From Minutocellus sp. GHC0000111 (taxonomy: Eukaryota): a stretch of 64,000 nt of DNA. A program made the translations under genes and the position numbers. The notes beneath the pieces are model-generated. The model was given only the letters and a program-made list of their open reading frames with translations. It had not been told where the DNA came from and made no database searches. Location of the stretch: positions 496,001 through 560,000 of the forward strand of contig OZ361258.1 of NCBI GenBank assembly GCA_977018835.1. The letters are read 5' to 3'. Shown piece after piece: positions 1-12,036 of the stretch; within the stretch, counting starts at the first letter, position 1, and the number at the start of each line of letters is the position of its first letter.

Positions 1-90
1 ATTTGGACAAGACACGCTTACAATCTTGTCCAGTTCACCAGTTACCATCATGGCGTTTGGCTGGCGTGTCGCTATAGTAGCAACAGTAGA

Positions 91-698
91 ACCTATTGCC
101 TGTTATCAATAGAACCGGACAAGATTCATCGCCTGGGCCAGGCTCACAGTCCAGCTGCAGCGATCGACGTGGGTGGTGCCCGCCGCCGATCGTCGTCACA
201 GTTTCAACAACATCAACCGCTGTCTCCGCTTCGGGAGCACTTGACCGTGAGGACCTCAGGTCCGATCTCGCATGAAAGCAGATGTGCTTAATGCCACGTC
301 CTAATGCAGCAGCGGTCACTTCCGAGGGTGCCCGACTTCCGAGGGTGCTAACCAGCAAGAGCAGCCATCATCGCATCATCACGTGGCAACCAGCCAAAAG
401 AGCCAATGGTTGACCACGAATGGCACACATGCGCACAACAAGTCAGTTGAGCGGTCCTCCAAAGTGAGAGTTGAACCAGTCCTGGCATCCAAAGGGTTTC
501 CCCCCTTCACACCTACTCGAGACACTTCCAACAACAATCCTTGCTGCGGCAGGCAACACGGTTCGGTTGCCCCTTGCCAATGCACTTCTTCCTATCTCAT
601 CATGCAACGAACATCAGGAAAAATGACCACACATTTTCAGCATCGCATGTATCCAAAAGACTGCAGATAAGGCGAGACCTATTGCCTATTATCAATAG
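91..698. repeat. Dispersed 22-nt direct repeat (91-112 and 677-698) in a non-genic mosaic tract
   Basis: acctattgcctgttatcaatag vs acctattgcctattatcaatag (one mismatch). A 17-nt-period repeat cttccgagggtgc also occurs at about 319-348. Confidence 0.75.
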
Positions 699-1086
699 TC
701 GGCCCTCAACACCTCACACCACCAGATTGTGCCCTCCGCCACGCCACGACACAAATGAGGAGGAACAATTGACCAAGCAAGTCAAAGATCCGGCAGATTG
801 GTGTGTGGCTAGGGCTATGTACACAAGCGAGCAGCAGGAGCGAGAGGCCAAATTGGGTGCTTTACCGAGCGCCGCACAATAGCCCCACGTACATGTAGGA
901 GGGTCAGCCCGCACCATCGCATTGCCACATGGCTCAGCTCAACCTTCCATCGCATCATCGACCTCTCTCAAGTCCACATGTAGATCTAAACCAGCCGACT
1001 TCTGAAGCTGAATTGCATTACACATTTATTTGAAGAAAACGCACCCGAATAATCGAATCGAACACACAGAACACACCTCCCGCATC

Positions 1087-2526
1087 ATGGCCATGCTGAA
1101 GCGGCTCCGTCGGCAGTTCTCGGGGGGAAATTTCGGCAGCAATCCCCGCCTCACTGGATCCTCCGGCCGACGGCTGCTGCCCCGCCTCGGATCGCTCAAC
1201 AGCCTCACTTCGGCCGACGGCACCGCCAAGTCCAGGCAAGCACACAAGAAGGGTGGCAGGCAAACGGGACGCCAATCTTCACAAAACAACATCGAGCAGG
1301 ACGTCTACACCCACGACGCGGCCGGTCGACGGACATTCGATCGGCTCATCACGACGCGGCAATGGGACCGCATCGAAGAACTGCTCTCGACCGACGACGG
1401 CAGGGACTACATCAAGTCCGTCTCCATGCTGTTGGATGATGCCGACACAAACACTACCACAAGTACAACCACAACAACGACCCCGGCCAAGTTCATCTCG
1501 ATATTCCATCACATCGTCCTTGCCAACCCCCCGCCCGAAATCCTATCCGACCTCATCCATCTCATCGGCGTCTCCCAGCTCCTCTGTCGGGATGACATCC
1601 GCGCGCACTACGCCGTGGGATACGGCAGCATCAAGCTGCTGCGCCACAGGGCCACCCGCCGGTCGTCCAACTCGGCCCGCGTCACCCACGAGGGCATGGC
1701 CTGGACCCCGTTGCACACCGCCGTGGCATTCTGCGTGAGTGAGGATGATTCTACTAATAACAACAGCACCGGCAACACAGGCAACACGATCGGCACCTAC
1801 CGTCTATCAGATATAATGAACAACAGCAACAGCAACAACAACACCAAGCCCCGGGTCGACACCGCCACCGTCCGCGTCTTGCTCCGTCACTTCCCGGCGC
1901 TGCCCTCGATCACCTGCGGCAAGACCTCCATAACACCCCTCATGATCGAGGTGGCCAAGGGCCCGCACGCCAACATGAGGCTGTGCAAGCGCATGGTCGA
2001 TGCCTGTCCTACCTCCATCCTCATTACCGACAAGGAGAATCGTACCGCCGTGGAATACGCGCTGGGAGGTGAAAACCTCCGTTTATATCGCAATCTCCAC
2101 CATCTGTACAACGACGAGATGCAAAAGATGAACGGGCTGGAGAGCCGGAAGCGCATGGCGCACAGTCTGATGGCTTCCGGATCGAGTGGTATGGATCTGT
2201 ATGGATCGGGATCGAGCGGTATGGATCTGCATAGAGCTGCTGCTGGTGGCCATGGTGCTGTGGGAGATGTGTGTGATGTGCGCAAGAGACGGGACGGGAG
2301 TCTGACCGGTCTGCACAGCCGGGCGGTCAGGGAGGCGGCCGACGCGGTGGCCCAGGACGAGCTCGAGGAGGAGGAAGTTGTTGGTGGTGGTGGTGGTAGT
2401 GAAGAGGAGGAGGAATCGACCGACCAACAGCAGCAGCAGCAGCTGGACAATTCGCCAAAGCGTGGCAAGATGAAGCGGTCCAGTTCGCACTCGTCAAGTC
2501 GATCATCTACTTCAGCGGCCGCCTAA
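1087..2526 (+). CDS. Ankyrin-repeat-like protein (diatom type)
   Basis: Long ORF with WTPLHTAV, ITPLMIEV and RTAVEYAL ankyrin-like helix-loop motifs and a low-complexity acidic C-terminus. Confidence 0.75.
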   Translation: MAMLKRLRRQFSGGNFGSNPRLTGSSGRRLLPRLGSLNSLTSADGTAKSRQAHKKGGRQTGRQSSQNNIEQDVYTHDAAGRRTFDRLITTRQWDRIEELLSTDDGRDYIKSVSMLLDDADTNTTTSTTTTTTPAKFISIFHHIVLANPPPEILSDLIHLIGVSQLLCRDDIRAHYAVGYGSIKLLRHRATRRSSNSARVTHEGMAWTPLHTAVAFCVSEDDSTNNNSTGNTGNTIGTYRLSDIMNNSNSNNNTKPRVDTATVRVLLRHFPALPSITCGKTSITPLMIEVAKGPHANMRLCKRMVDACPTSILITDKENRTAVEYALGGENLRLYRNLHHLYNDEMQKMNGLESRKRMAHSLMASGSSGMDLYGSGSSGMDLHRAAAGGHGAVGDVCDVRKRRDGSLTGLHSRAVREAADAVAQDELEEEEVVGGGGGSEEEEESTDQQQQQQLDNSPKRGKMKRSSSHSSSRSSTSAAA

Positions 2527-2735
2527 GAGTGTGTGTTGTGGCCCATCGGTAAAAGTTTTTTTGAAATAGATTTATATATAATGGATATAGTTCCCATTTT
2601 TGTTCTTGATTATATCCATTTTTTGGCATGAAGTATTACGCATCTATAAAATGAAACACAATTTTCATTACTAATATTGTCTTGAGTAGCTCTACCTAGG
2701 TGCGTCATCTTTCTTACCAAACTTAAATTGGTCTG

Positions 2736-3583
2736 CTACGCTGCAGCACTACTTCTCGACATGCGCTGAGATTGTGTCGAGGAGTGACGACCGGCCTGTC
2801 TACTACACGCTAAGGAGTGACGTCGAGCCATGTTAGAGAAGCTCTCCACAAGCTTCTTGGTATCTTCCACAGAAGGCGGTGGCACCGCATCCTCCACCTC
2901 GGGCACGGCCGCCAGCAACCGTCGTCGTTCCATCTCTTCCCGAGATTCCTTCTGCAGTTCTTGGGCGTGGAATCGCTGCAGCCGACGGAAGATGTCGATG
3001 GCGCCGCTCATCAGGGCGTATTCCAGGGCAGTCGACCCGTCGTTGGCCTCGTCCATGACGTGGTGGGGAGCTGATCTCACCAGCAGCTTGACAGTATCGT
3101 AGTCGCAGTACTTCCCCTTGCTGCACTCTATCACGAGGGGGGTGATGCCACGTTCGTCGGCGATGGTGACGACGTCGGGACAGACGGTGACCACGAGCTG
3201 GATGGTGGCGTACGGGGCATCATTCTGGAGGGCCTCGTGGAAGGGAGTGCGATGATAATTGGTCGGGTCGGCGTTGGTGAGATGCCGCTGCGAAAATGCC
3301 CAAGGTAGCAAAAGTAGTTTCGACAATGTCATGCGGTGCATCGTAGATCATGAAGGATGCTGCGATCGCTGCGATCGCTGGTGGTGTTGGGATTGAGGGC
3401 AAAAGCTCGACGGGCAGCATCCCGTCCCTCTCCTGTGGCCAAAAGGGCACGAAGACGATTCCATTTGGATTGAGTTACGAGACGACGGACGTTGACAACA
3501 TATTCTTCGGCCTGGTCGCCGGCGTCAAGACTTCTTGAGGAGGACGACATTGATAGACGTCGAAGAAACGATGGGATGGGCAT
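2736..3583 (-). pseudogene. Ankyrin-repeat-like paralog of 1087-2526, apparently broken by two frameshifts near 3345 and 3300
   Basis: Three frames must be joined: ...WNRLRALLATGEGRD..SILHD / YDAPHDIVETTFATLG / FSQRHL..RTPFHEAL..ITPLVIEC..STALEYAL. No intron signals at the junctions. Confidence 0.6.
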
Positions 3584-4560
3584 GTTGATATTGTTTAGCT
3601 TGTTATGGTTCTTTTGAAAATTTGTGGTTGCTGTTCGATTGCGAATTGATGTAGAATTGTGAGTTCTTGTTTGGTTGGTTATGATGTCGGTATTTGTAGC
3701 CGTCTATGGACGATGATGACTGCTGCTCGCCATTTGCACGTAGGCGCTAAACATATCGTTGTGTCCTCGCGTCCATGCAATATCCGATGCGATGGTGAGT
3801 TGAAGCGATGGCTGCTGTCGTTTGCTGGTCGCCAAAACCAAGCAAAGCTGGCTGAGCAGTATTGCAGAAGAAGAGAAATCGATGCGCTTCGCCCTGAGAG
3901 CATGCGCAGGTTTTTAGTAGATGCAGCCGTGTAGACATGAGCGTTTAGCCATTCGTTCCTGCGACTCGCAACAAAGAGAATCGCATGGAAGGTTTACAGG
4001 GAAGTATTTTCGGGAGACTGGTCATTCTGCAAGATCTTTTCAATGTCAAGAAGTAGTTGGTATTCCTGCATGAGCGTGGCAAGGATGGTTGCTTTGAGGG
4101 CAGTTGATTGGAGGTCAAAGAAGGATTGAATGTTTTGAGACGGATGAGATCGGGCGCCGGAAGCTTTTTGTTCTCGAGGAGATTTTCCTAGCATTCGATC
4201 TTTCCTGCGGCCTTAAGGCCTTAAAAGAGCCGAAGCAAAATGAATGACGCACTTTTAACAATCGATGACACGTGAGGCCCTTCAGTCGATGATTTCTGTG
4301 GCAGCTTTCCATGAAGAACACACATGAAAACGATGACAAATCTTAGAATCATTCATATTGTGGCTGATGGAGTGCTCTGCGTCCGAAATATTGAGCTTCC
4401 TGTTCAAAGTGAGGCCACATGGCAGAAAGCCAAATGTCATTTGTTCATTTTGTGTATTTTGCGGGCGAAAGAACGTGAGCTGAAAGACACACAAGAAAGA
4501 CTGCTCTGGAAGAGAACAACTTCCTTTCTTGAAGCCCCGCAAAACTGCACACATTACCAC

Positions 4561-4584
4561 AATTCAATTCAATTCAATTCAATT
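4561..4584. repeat. (AATTC)n microsatellite upstream of the HMG gene
   Basis: aattcaattcaattcaattcaatt. Confidence 0.9.
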
Positions 4585-4629
4585 GATACATGCAAAGAGC
4601 CAAGAGCACCAACGAAACAACCGATAACC

Positions 4630-6947
4630 ATGACAACAATGCCTGGAGCCCTCTCGTCGGCCATGGCATCCGGCGGCCTGTTCGTGCCGTCGTCGTCGAC
4701 CATCACCAAGCCAACCGACGGCGGGAGTAGCAATCCCGCCGGCGTCTCCTGCCCCTCCCTCTCGTCTTCTGGTGAAACCGGGACATCAATAAAGACCGGC
4801 AGCAGTTCATCTGAAAAGCAGAAGAAGAAACCCAAGCGGTGCATGACCGCGTACAGTGAGTTCCATATGTTGTGTGATGTCTAGCTAGTAATGTGGGGAC
4901 GTATCTTTCTTGAACGTTTGTTGATTTCGTCCAAGCTCGAGCAGAACGGGAGTGCACGAACTGACCGGGAATAGGCTGAATCGAATCTCTTGTTGTGTGG
5001 GTTCCAAATGTAGAAGGGATGACTGCAGCGATTCTATTGCGTTCACCTATTTGTTTGTGATTAATGCAGAACCATTCATACCGTCGTGTGGTTTCAAATA
5101 ACGATGTTTCTCGTTGGGGAAACATGTCACATGTTGTGCCTGTTTTCATCCCATCGATCAATCACATGAAATGGTTGAGCCTGGCATTTGTTTTACAGAG
5201 ATTTACGTTTATTCAAAGTTAGCCTAACGCAATATCCATGTAAACTCTTATCCTGCACCGTAGACTTCTTCTTTCAGGATCAGCGCCAGACCATTTTGAT
5301 GGAGATGGAGAGCAAGGCCGCCCTCGCCGCTGCCAAGGAGAACGCCGAGGCCTTGGCCCGAGCTCGGCAGGAATGCGAATACGACGAGGACGACGATGGA
5401 GATCTCAAGGACGCCATCGTAGTTGACCTCGAAGATTCCGAATGCTCGACGGACAGCATCGGAAATTCCAACAAGAACAAGAAGAAGAGACATCATCATC
5501 GCAAGCGCCGTCGGTCCGAGTCGGCGGCAGCTACCGGCTCATCAGAGGTCATCGAGATCGAACCCGTCCAGCCCAAAAAGGTCACCTTTCGCGAGCTCGG
5601 GACCGAGATCGGCCGCCGGTGGAAGGCCCTGCAGGAGCAGGGCGAATCGTCCCAAAAGCTGACGCGCTACCGCGAACTGGCCGATTCCGACGCCGCACGG
5701 TATCAGACCGAGATGGACGACTACCATCGCGAGAAGGTCAGCGCCATGTGCCGCGGGGGCAACCTGGGTCATCGCTACAACGAGGCCAGGGAGACCGTCG
5801 AGGCGCAGCAGGCCCTCCAGGCGCAGCAGGCCGTCGCAGTTATGAAGGCTGCCATGGGGCAAGAGAAGAACAACAATAACCAGGCTTCGGCCCCTCCTCA
5901 AGCTCAACCCCAAGGTCAGGCTCAGGCTCCAACCTTCCCAGAGGGCATGATGCCCATGATGATGATGATGCCCAACCCCCTCAACCCGACGCAGATGATG
6001 CCATGCATGATGATGATGGCCGCCCCGGCCGGGATGGCGATGGGAATGCCCATGTCCACGAACATGCCCGGCATGCAAGGTGGTATGATGATGATGCCAC
6101 AGACAGCACCAAGAAGCCGAACAAGGTTCCTATCAAGATCGTCACCGTTCATAAACACCATAGTCATCACAAGCATCGGCACCACAAGCATCGTAATGTC
6201 GATCACCAACCAAAGAGCGACAAGAAGAAACGAAGTCGAAGGGAATCAAATACTTCTGTCGATACCACAAGTCTAATGAAGGACATTGCCAAGGCCTTCG
6301 GCGAGGATTGGGATCCCACCCCCGTCAAGGTGCCCAGAAATATTTCCTTCCAAACCAAAGTTCTGGAACATTCGGCCAAGGCATCAACTCTAGCCGCTGC
6401 TGCCGGTCAGCCGAAGACCAATTGCAACGCAAATGCTACAGTGTATCAGAACTTCGACCAGATGATGGACTCGCTCGAGTCGTACAACTACGAAAGCGAC
6501 GTCAGTGGATTCCATGATCTCTTCGACGGCGCCGACAAAGAGGCCAAGGATAATTACAACAAGCCCTTCTTCCCCACCTTCGATCCGACCAAGCAAGACG
6601 GAAACGTCTTTGATTCAACAGAAAGGTCTGACGCCAACGTCAACACTTCTGAGGCTGCTGGTGCCCAGCCATTCTTCCCGTGCATGGATACCAAGGCAGC
6701 CGTCGAGAGTGGTTTTCTCAACAATAACGTCACTACGGACATCGCAACGCTGAACAAGAAGGCCTTGTACCACGGACGGTCTACCGGTAATACAAATTGC
6801 AGTCTCGACAGTGCTGATAGAGCCGCTGGTGCTACTAGTTGCAAGCCTACTGCAAACGAGGTGGTTGACCTCACAACGGACTATGTTATCGACAACCTCC
6901 AGGAACTACTTCAGCGACAGCAGGCGATCCTTGGCATGAGGATATGA
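4630..6947 (+). CDS. HMG-box protein with a split box, intron 4856-5263 and an apparent frameshift near 6100
   Basis: Splicing GTGAG..TAG gives KKPKRCMTAY|NFFFQDQR (HMG helix 1). VTFRELGTEIGRRWKAL..RYRELADSDAARYQTEM follows (helices 2-3). The C-terminal part continues in another frame (ORF 6003-6947). Confidence 0.75.
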
Positions 6948-7087
6948 ATACTCACACATACATAAAATCATTTTTCGTTTACAAGTAGATTGATACTAGT
7001 AGTAGGTGCCTCTAAATAAGCTAGGCTTGGAACAAAGCTGGCAAATCCGTCGATTCCTCCAACGCCTTGTTGAGCATTGTTCGCAAT

Positions 7088-8365
7088 TTATCCACATTTG
7101 CGACTCTCCGACCTCCATGATTCCAATTCGACGATGTCGTCTGCTTCATATCCGCCATTGCTTTTCATTTGCTGAAGTGCCTGTAGGCTTTGGATGTAGT
7201 CGGCTTTGGCTAGACAGAGCTGGCCGTACAGTGTTTGGATGCGATCCGGGTTGTGTAGGTGAATTTGTACAGCACCCTCTGCTGCTGTAGATTGGATTTG
7301 AGTTTGATCTACACTGATCGTGGAAGGCGAGTTCGGCATTGGGTAGCAGACAGTCGCTAGTGTCAAGTCCACTCGGCTGGATGAATCCGTGGAACTGTTA
7401 TCAGACGAAGTGGTGTTGGAATCTTCCAATGCATTGCAAAAAAGCCGCTTGCAGCTCTCGACATTGTTCAGATCATTGTCACCGTTTACATTATCCTGTT
7501 GAATCGCCTTCGCACTCGTCTCGATGTCCTCACGGCTCTTCTTTCGTGCCGTCAGTAGCTTGGTACGCACTCTCTCCTCCATATCATTGCGACGGCGACG
7601 GATCTCACTGATTCGACGTGGCTTGGTAGCCGGTTGGGCATTTGGTCGGGTTGGCGAGAAGATGGCACACAGCCGTTGACTTAGATGGACTTTGCGCGGC
7701 GTCGACTTTTCGACAGGTTCGGCCGTTTTGGCCGCCTTTGCCGATCTCTTTTTCTTCTTTGGCTTTGGTCTCTTCAATGCTTCGTCGGCAGTATCATTAG
7801 CTTTTCCAGCTACAGATTCCTCAATGTTTTCCATACTCGTAGACTCACTGGTCTCGCCTTTCACGTCATCTCGCCGTCATCGTTCCTTCTCCTCCTTTTG
7901 GACGATCCGAGCGATCATATCGCCCTTGGCACAACCCTTGACGTCGATGCCCATGGCCTTGCACTTCTTCCGAAGGGTGGCAGCCGACATGGACTGATAT
8001 TTGGAATTGGCGAAGCAGTTGTCGTACCGATCGGGCTGTTTGGACGCACGGCGCGACTTGCGGGTGGGCTGCAGCTGATGCTGCTGCGATGATGTGGAAG
8101 AAAATTCGGGACATGATGTGTCGTCGTCATGGTTGGAATTGTCATCTTCGTACATTGGCCGAACGTGATCGATGCTGACTACCTCGGCAGTCCCGGTAGA
8201 ATGCCACTCGATCATAATCTCGTTGTCAGGCGAGGACGACGACGACGACGGAGGAAGGTTGCATCGAACGACCTTGGCGGCGTGCTCGGCCGAATGGCGA
8301 TTCGAGTGGTGCCCGGCGATGACCCACACGTCGTGGCCGGGAGAGAAATGATGCTCAGACGGCAT
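7088..8365 (-). pseudogene. Tudor-like plus SAP/HeH-like nuclear protein with an in-frame TGA at 7877-7879
   Basis: ORFs 7877-8632 and 7088-7864 share one frame, joined as EKER*RRDDVKGE. The N-terminal FSPGHDVWV..IMIEWHSTG..VRPM is Tudor-like; YQSMSAATLRKKCKAMGIDVKG..KGDMIARI is SAP-like. Confidence 0.55.
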
Positions 8366-8799
8366 GGTATTTGAATATATAGCGGTTGATAAAATGAGGA
8401 AATGGTTGAGGTACTTCACGCAAAAGTGTGGCTGGTATGTGACTGCTTCGAAATCCGATCCACATGCAAATCTCAGATCGGCGATCGAAGGTTCGCACCC
8501 GTGCCAGGTTCGCACCACGCCTCGCGAGCCTGCCTGGCCTGCCCGCAAGCAAGCCAGCAATTCCTGCGAACGAAAAATTACTTTGCCGACATGCCCGCAT
8601 AACTGCCGCCACCAGCAATAATAACTGTCCAACGCTTCACCACGAGCTCTTCGTGGCTTGGATGATAGTCGTTGACACCTGACTTTGTGGTATTGCCGCG
8701 GTTGCCGCTTCTTTGTCTCGTACTCTGGTAACGTGATATGTGACCCTTATCAAATCCAGCACATAACAAAGAACAAAACATCACCCTCCAAGTCAAGAG

Positions 8800-9765
8800 A
8801 TGGCAACGCATCCCCTCGTTGTAGGCGGCGACCACCCGCCCGACGATTTCAACTTTGGCGGAGAGGATACCGGTCCCGAGCGATACTTTATCGATTACAC
8901 CTATCACTTCCATCACGTCGAGCAGCGAACCTCTTTAACGACCAATCGTCGAACCCGATCCAGCCAGAGCATGTCGTCGATCAGCATCGACAGCGTCGAC
9001 GAGGCTGCCTGGTCCGAGTCCACGAAAAGATTTATGCAGGAAGTCAATCAGAACCGACTCCGGACCATTGGCGAACGGCGCCCGGCGTCGCTGTCAAGCG
9101 TCGACTTTGATCAGCTGAATGGCCTTACCAACAACAACAATGGCTACATTTCCTTTGTGCCGAATTCCACAGCATCGACCTCTCGTCCCTTCTCCCCACA
9201 TCTACGCCACGGATATCCCTCCACCGATTCGCTCATGTACAGCCACTCCGACCGTAGCGGTGCTTCGACGCCGTTGGCGTCACCGGTTACAACTCCAGTT
9301 TTTGACACATCAACGATGATCAACTTGGAAAATTCTCTCTTGACTCCATCGTCCCTGAAAAAGACCAATAGAATCCCACCCAGATGGAGATCTGATCCCA
9401 GAACCACAAAACCAGAACATGCCGACAAATACAAATACGAACAGAACGAGACCAATGTCGCATCGCCCATACCAAATGTCGTATCACTGGATTCTGACGA
9501 GGAGGACGATATCGAGGTCAAGGTCAAGAACATCCCCATGCCACCCTGGGACAGTTCCAATGCAAACCACCACCCCGCAAACAACGTCTTTCGTTCTACA
9601 TCCCCATCGACGCGGAGCGAGGACAATCCTCTCCTCAAGCTGCTCACGGATCATCTCATGGATATTTCCTGCACCATCCTGGATGCCATGAGCTGCTCGC
9701 GATCGTTTGACAGCGGCGATGAGGAGCATAAGGATGTGGTGACGCCCTCCCTCGTTTCACTCTGA
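8800..9765 (+). CDS. Hypothetical Ser/Pro-rich protein
   Basis: 321-aa ATG-initiated ORF followed by an AT-rich 3' region; no domain recognised. Confidence 0.6.
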   Translation: MATHPLVVGGDHPPDDFNFGGEDTGPERYFIDYTYHFHHVEQRTSLTTNRRTRSSQSMSSISIDSVDEAAWSESTKRFMQEVNQNRLRTIGERRPASLSSVDFDQLNGLTNNNNGYISFVPNSTASTSRPFSPHLRHGYPSTDSLMYSHSDRSGASTPLASPVTTPVFDTSTMINLENSLLTPSSLKKTNRIPPRWRSDPRTTKPEHADKYKYEQNETNVASPIPNVVSLDSDEEDDIEVKVKNIPMPPWDSSNANHHPANNVFRSTSPSTRSEDNPLLKLLTDHLMDISCTILDAMSCSRSFDSGDEEHKDVVTPSLVSL

Positions 9766-9935
9766 TCGTTTTGGACGGGTGTCACTTGTTTTGGACCCAA
9801 CTTGTTGTAAATTGCTACATTATTGTTTTTCTAATAAGATGATAACGGAATGCAACTTGTACTAATAATCTGTTGTTCTTAGCCCATTTATATGTGTGTA
9901 TTTGATAGCTGGCATTTCACGTGCGGCACGCTTTT

Positions 9936-10610
9936 TCATGCTTTCATGCAGCTCACCTTATCGTTTCGATCAGGTTCTACCCATGTCAATTCTTCTATTC
10001 CCTTGAAGTTATCGTTCCCATCATTATCTCTACGTATACTCTCTAGGCAACGCTTCCACCACTTTGTGGCTTTCCAACTCATCCATATTCTCCCCGGTAC
10101 AGTGATTGGTTTGAAGAATAACCTTACGATCTTAGCTTCCACGTAGGAGGTAGCGACACGTACGCCATCGAGTTGAGGATATTTGGTCTGCAATCGTTGA
10201 ATTGATTTGGAGTTTTGAGCAGCCGCCTCGGCCTTTGACGATAGAGTGGATGTTGTTTTATGATACCAACTTTGAAGCGACTTTGGAATCAGCTTAGATA
10301 ATGACTTTCCAAAAGCTGTACCAAGTCGACCCCGACCAAGGGTCGACACGCGAGCAGGCGACGACAAGACATATGCGAGATACCAAGTCGACGAAACCAA
10401 TATTGCCGATAGCACTGTGTGGATAAACACAAATGTAGATACATCGGTTGCCGATGGTGCTCCACCGCTATCATCGACGACCAAGTCACCTCCACCTTGG
10501 CTTGGTGTCAAGGCGGTGGCGCTACTTTCAGCATTTTGGTTTTGTCTGGTCAAGAAGGCCGCGCAGCACGACGCGGCCGAAACCGAGACGGAATGCAACC
10601 CGAATGTCAT
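9936..10610 (-). CDS. Hypothetical membrane protein
   Basis: ORF with the hydrophobic segment FVFIHTVLSAILVSSTWYLAY. The start codon is uncertain because the ORF is open to 10817. Confidence 0.55.
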   Translation of the reverse strand: MTFGLHSVSVSAASCCAAFLTRQNQNAESSATALTPSQGGGDLVVDDSGGAPSATDVSTFVFIHTVLSAILVSSTWYLAYVLSSPARVSTLGRGRLGTAFGKSLSKLIPKSLQSWYHKTTSTLSSKAEAAAQNSKSIQRLQTKYPQLDGVRVATSYVEAKIVRLFFKPITVPGRIWMSWKATKWWKRCLESIRRDNDGNDNFKGIEELTWVEPDRNDKVSCMKA

Positions 10611-10893
10611 GGAATCGTTTGAAATGATGCTGGTCAGTAGGCCACGGCGGTTTATGCATGTGCTACCATTGATACGTGTGGTGGCTGGGCTGACTTCCTG
10701 AGCTGACTGCCTGGCGCTCTTGCAGCACACGCGCCTTGCATGGCGGCTTACGATCGGCCGAGGAGCAAGAATGAGTTCGTCCTTCCGTCGACACGCGCTT
10801 GCGTGGAGCTGGATCATGCCGAAAGAGAAGAAGACGATAACGAGGGATAAAGGTGTGCCTTACAATTGAACTTCAGTAGATTTTCTATAATTG

Positions 10894-12036
10894 TCACCAC
10901 TTCAGCAGACACTCGTCGTCCGCTTCGACGAGAAAATACTCGTGATTTTCTAACAGTGACGTCAAGGTTGGAGGAGGCTTACTTTCATCCATCATTATCT
11001 TTGCCAAGTCCTCAAGATCATCCAGATCAACCTGTTGTGCCTTTTCAGTAACAACTTGGTTTTCTTTTAGAGTTTGACTCTCCACATATTCCTGTATCCG
11101 TTTGCCAAAATGCCGAACGTCCTCCTCGTGTATTTGTTCGTATTCTTCGCTGCCAATGTCAACGATGTGGCCCAAGTTGAAATCAAACAAAACAATGTTC
11201 CCCGGCTCTCGTATCATAAAGTTCCACAGCTTGGTATCTCGTATCGAAACTCCCTTGGAATGCACATAGCTCATGGTCTCAAATAACTGCCGCCAAAAGC
11301 ATCGGACCATGTGAGCCGGGACGGTCAGCATGCCATGTAGTCCCTCGCAATGCTTGACCGATGGACGAACTCGCTCCGTAACGTCAATCGACATATTGGT
11401 AGCCTTGAACAAGCGGCCATCCATGTGCTTCTTTGCCCACTTCGGTCTGCTATCATCTGCAAATTGCAACCTGCCATCATTGAATGGATTTGACGCTTGC
11501 CTTACATAATGCATCATGGCCGGGATACTGGGATGTGGAGACAGCCTCTGCGAGATGTTCCATGCCCTCTCGGATGCCCTCAGTTTCTTATCATTCGTCA
11601 CCCCATCGCGATAGTTCCCCGTTATTCGAATGATGTACTCTGGTGATTTCTTTGATGCTGTAAATTGCTGCGGATAGTGCCGCTTGTAATAATCATCGTC
11701 CAATACCGCAGCGAAGGTATCTGAATACTTCCCACTTCCCAGGAACTCTCCCACCTTGATGTGCTGCAGCCACGACAAGTCATCCCCGTCGACTTGGTGG
11801 TGGAAGGCATCGGCACGGTTGTTTCCCTGTCCAATAATATTATTGCCGGCGAGAGAATCGGCATTCGTCCCCTGAGGCAGCACGAATGAGTCTTGGCCAT
11901 TGGCTGGAAATTGACGGTTATTGGTCGAGGAGGCCGAGAGCCATTGATGCAGTACGATGAAATTGGCCGGGAGCAACCCAACTAAAGTAAGAGCAAATAA
12001 TTGCCACCGGATACATCAACGTACATTCGTTGTCAT
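10894..12036 (-). pseudogene. Type II membrane protein-kinase-like protein with an in-frame TGA at 12016-12018
   Basis: Kinase motifs GEFLGSGKYS, HSKGVSIRDTKLWNF and LFDFN. The in-frame upstream sequence reads MTTNVR*CIRWQLFALTLVGLLPANFIVL (signal anchor). Confidence 0.55.
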
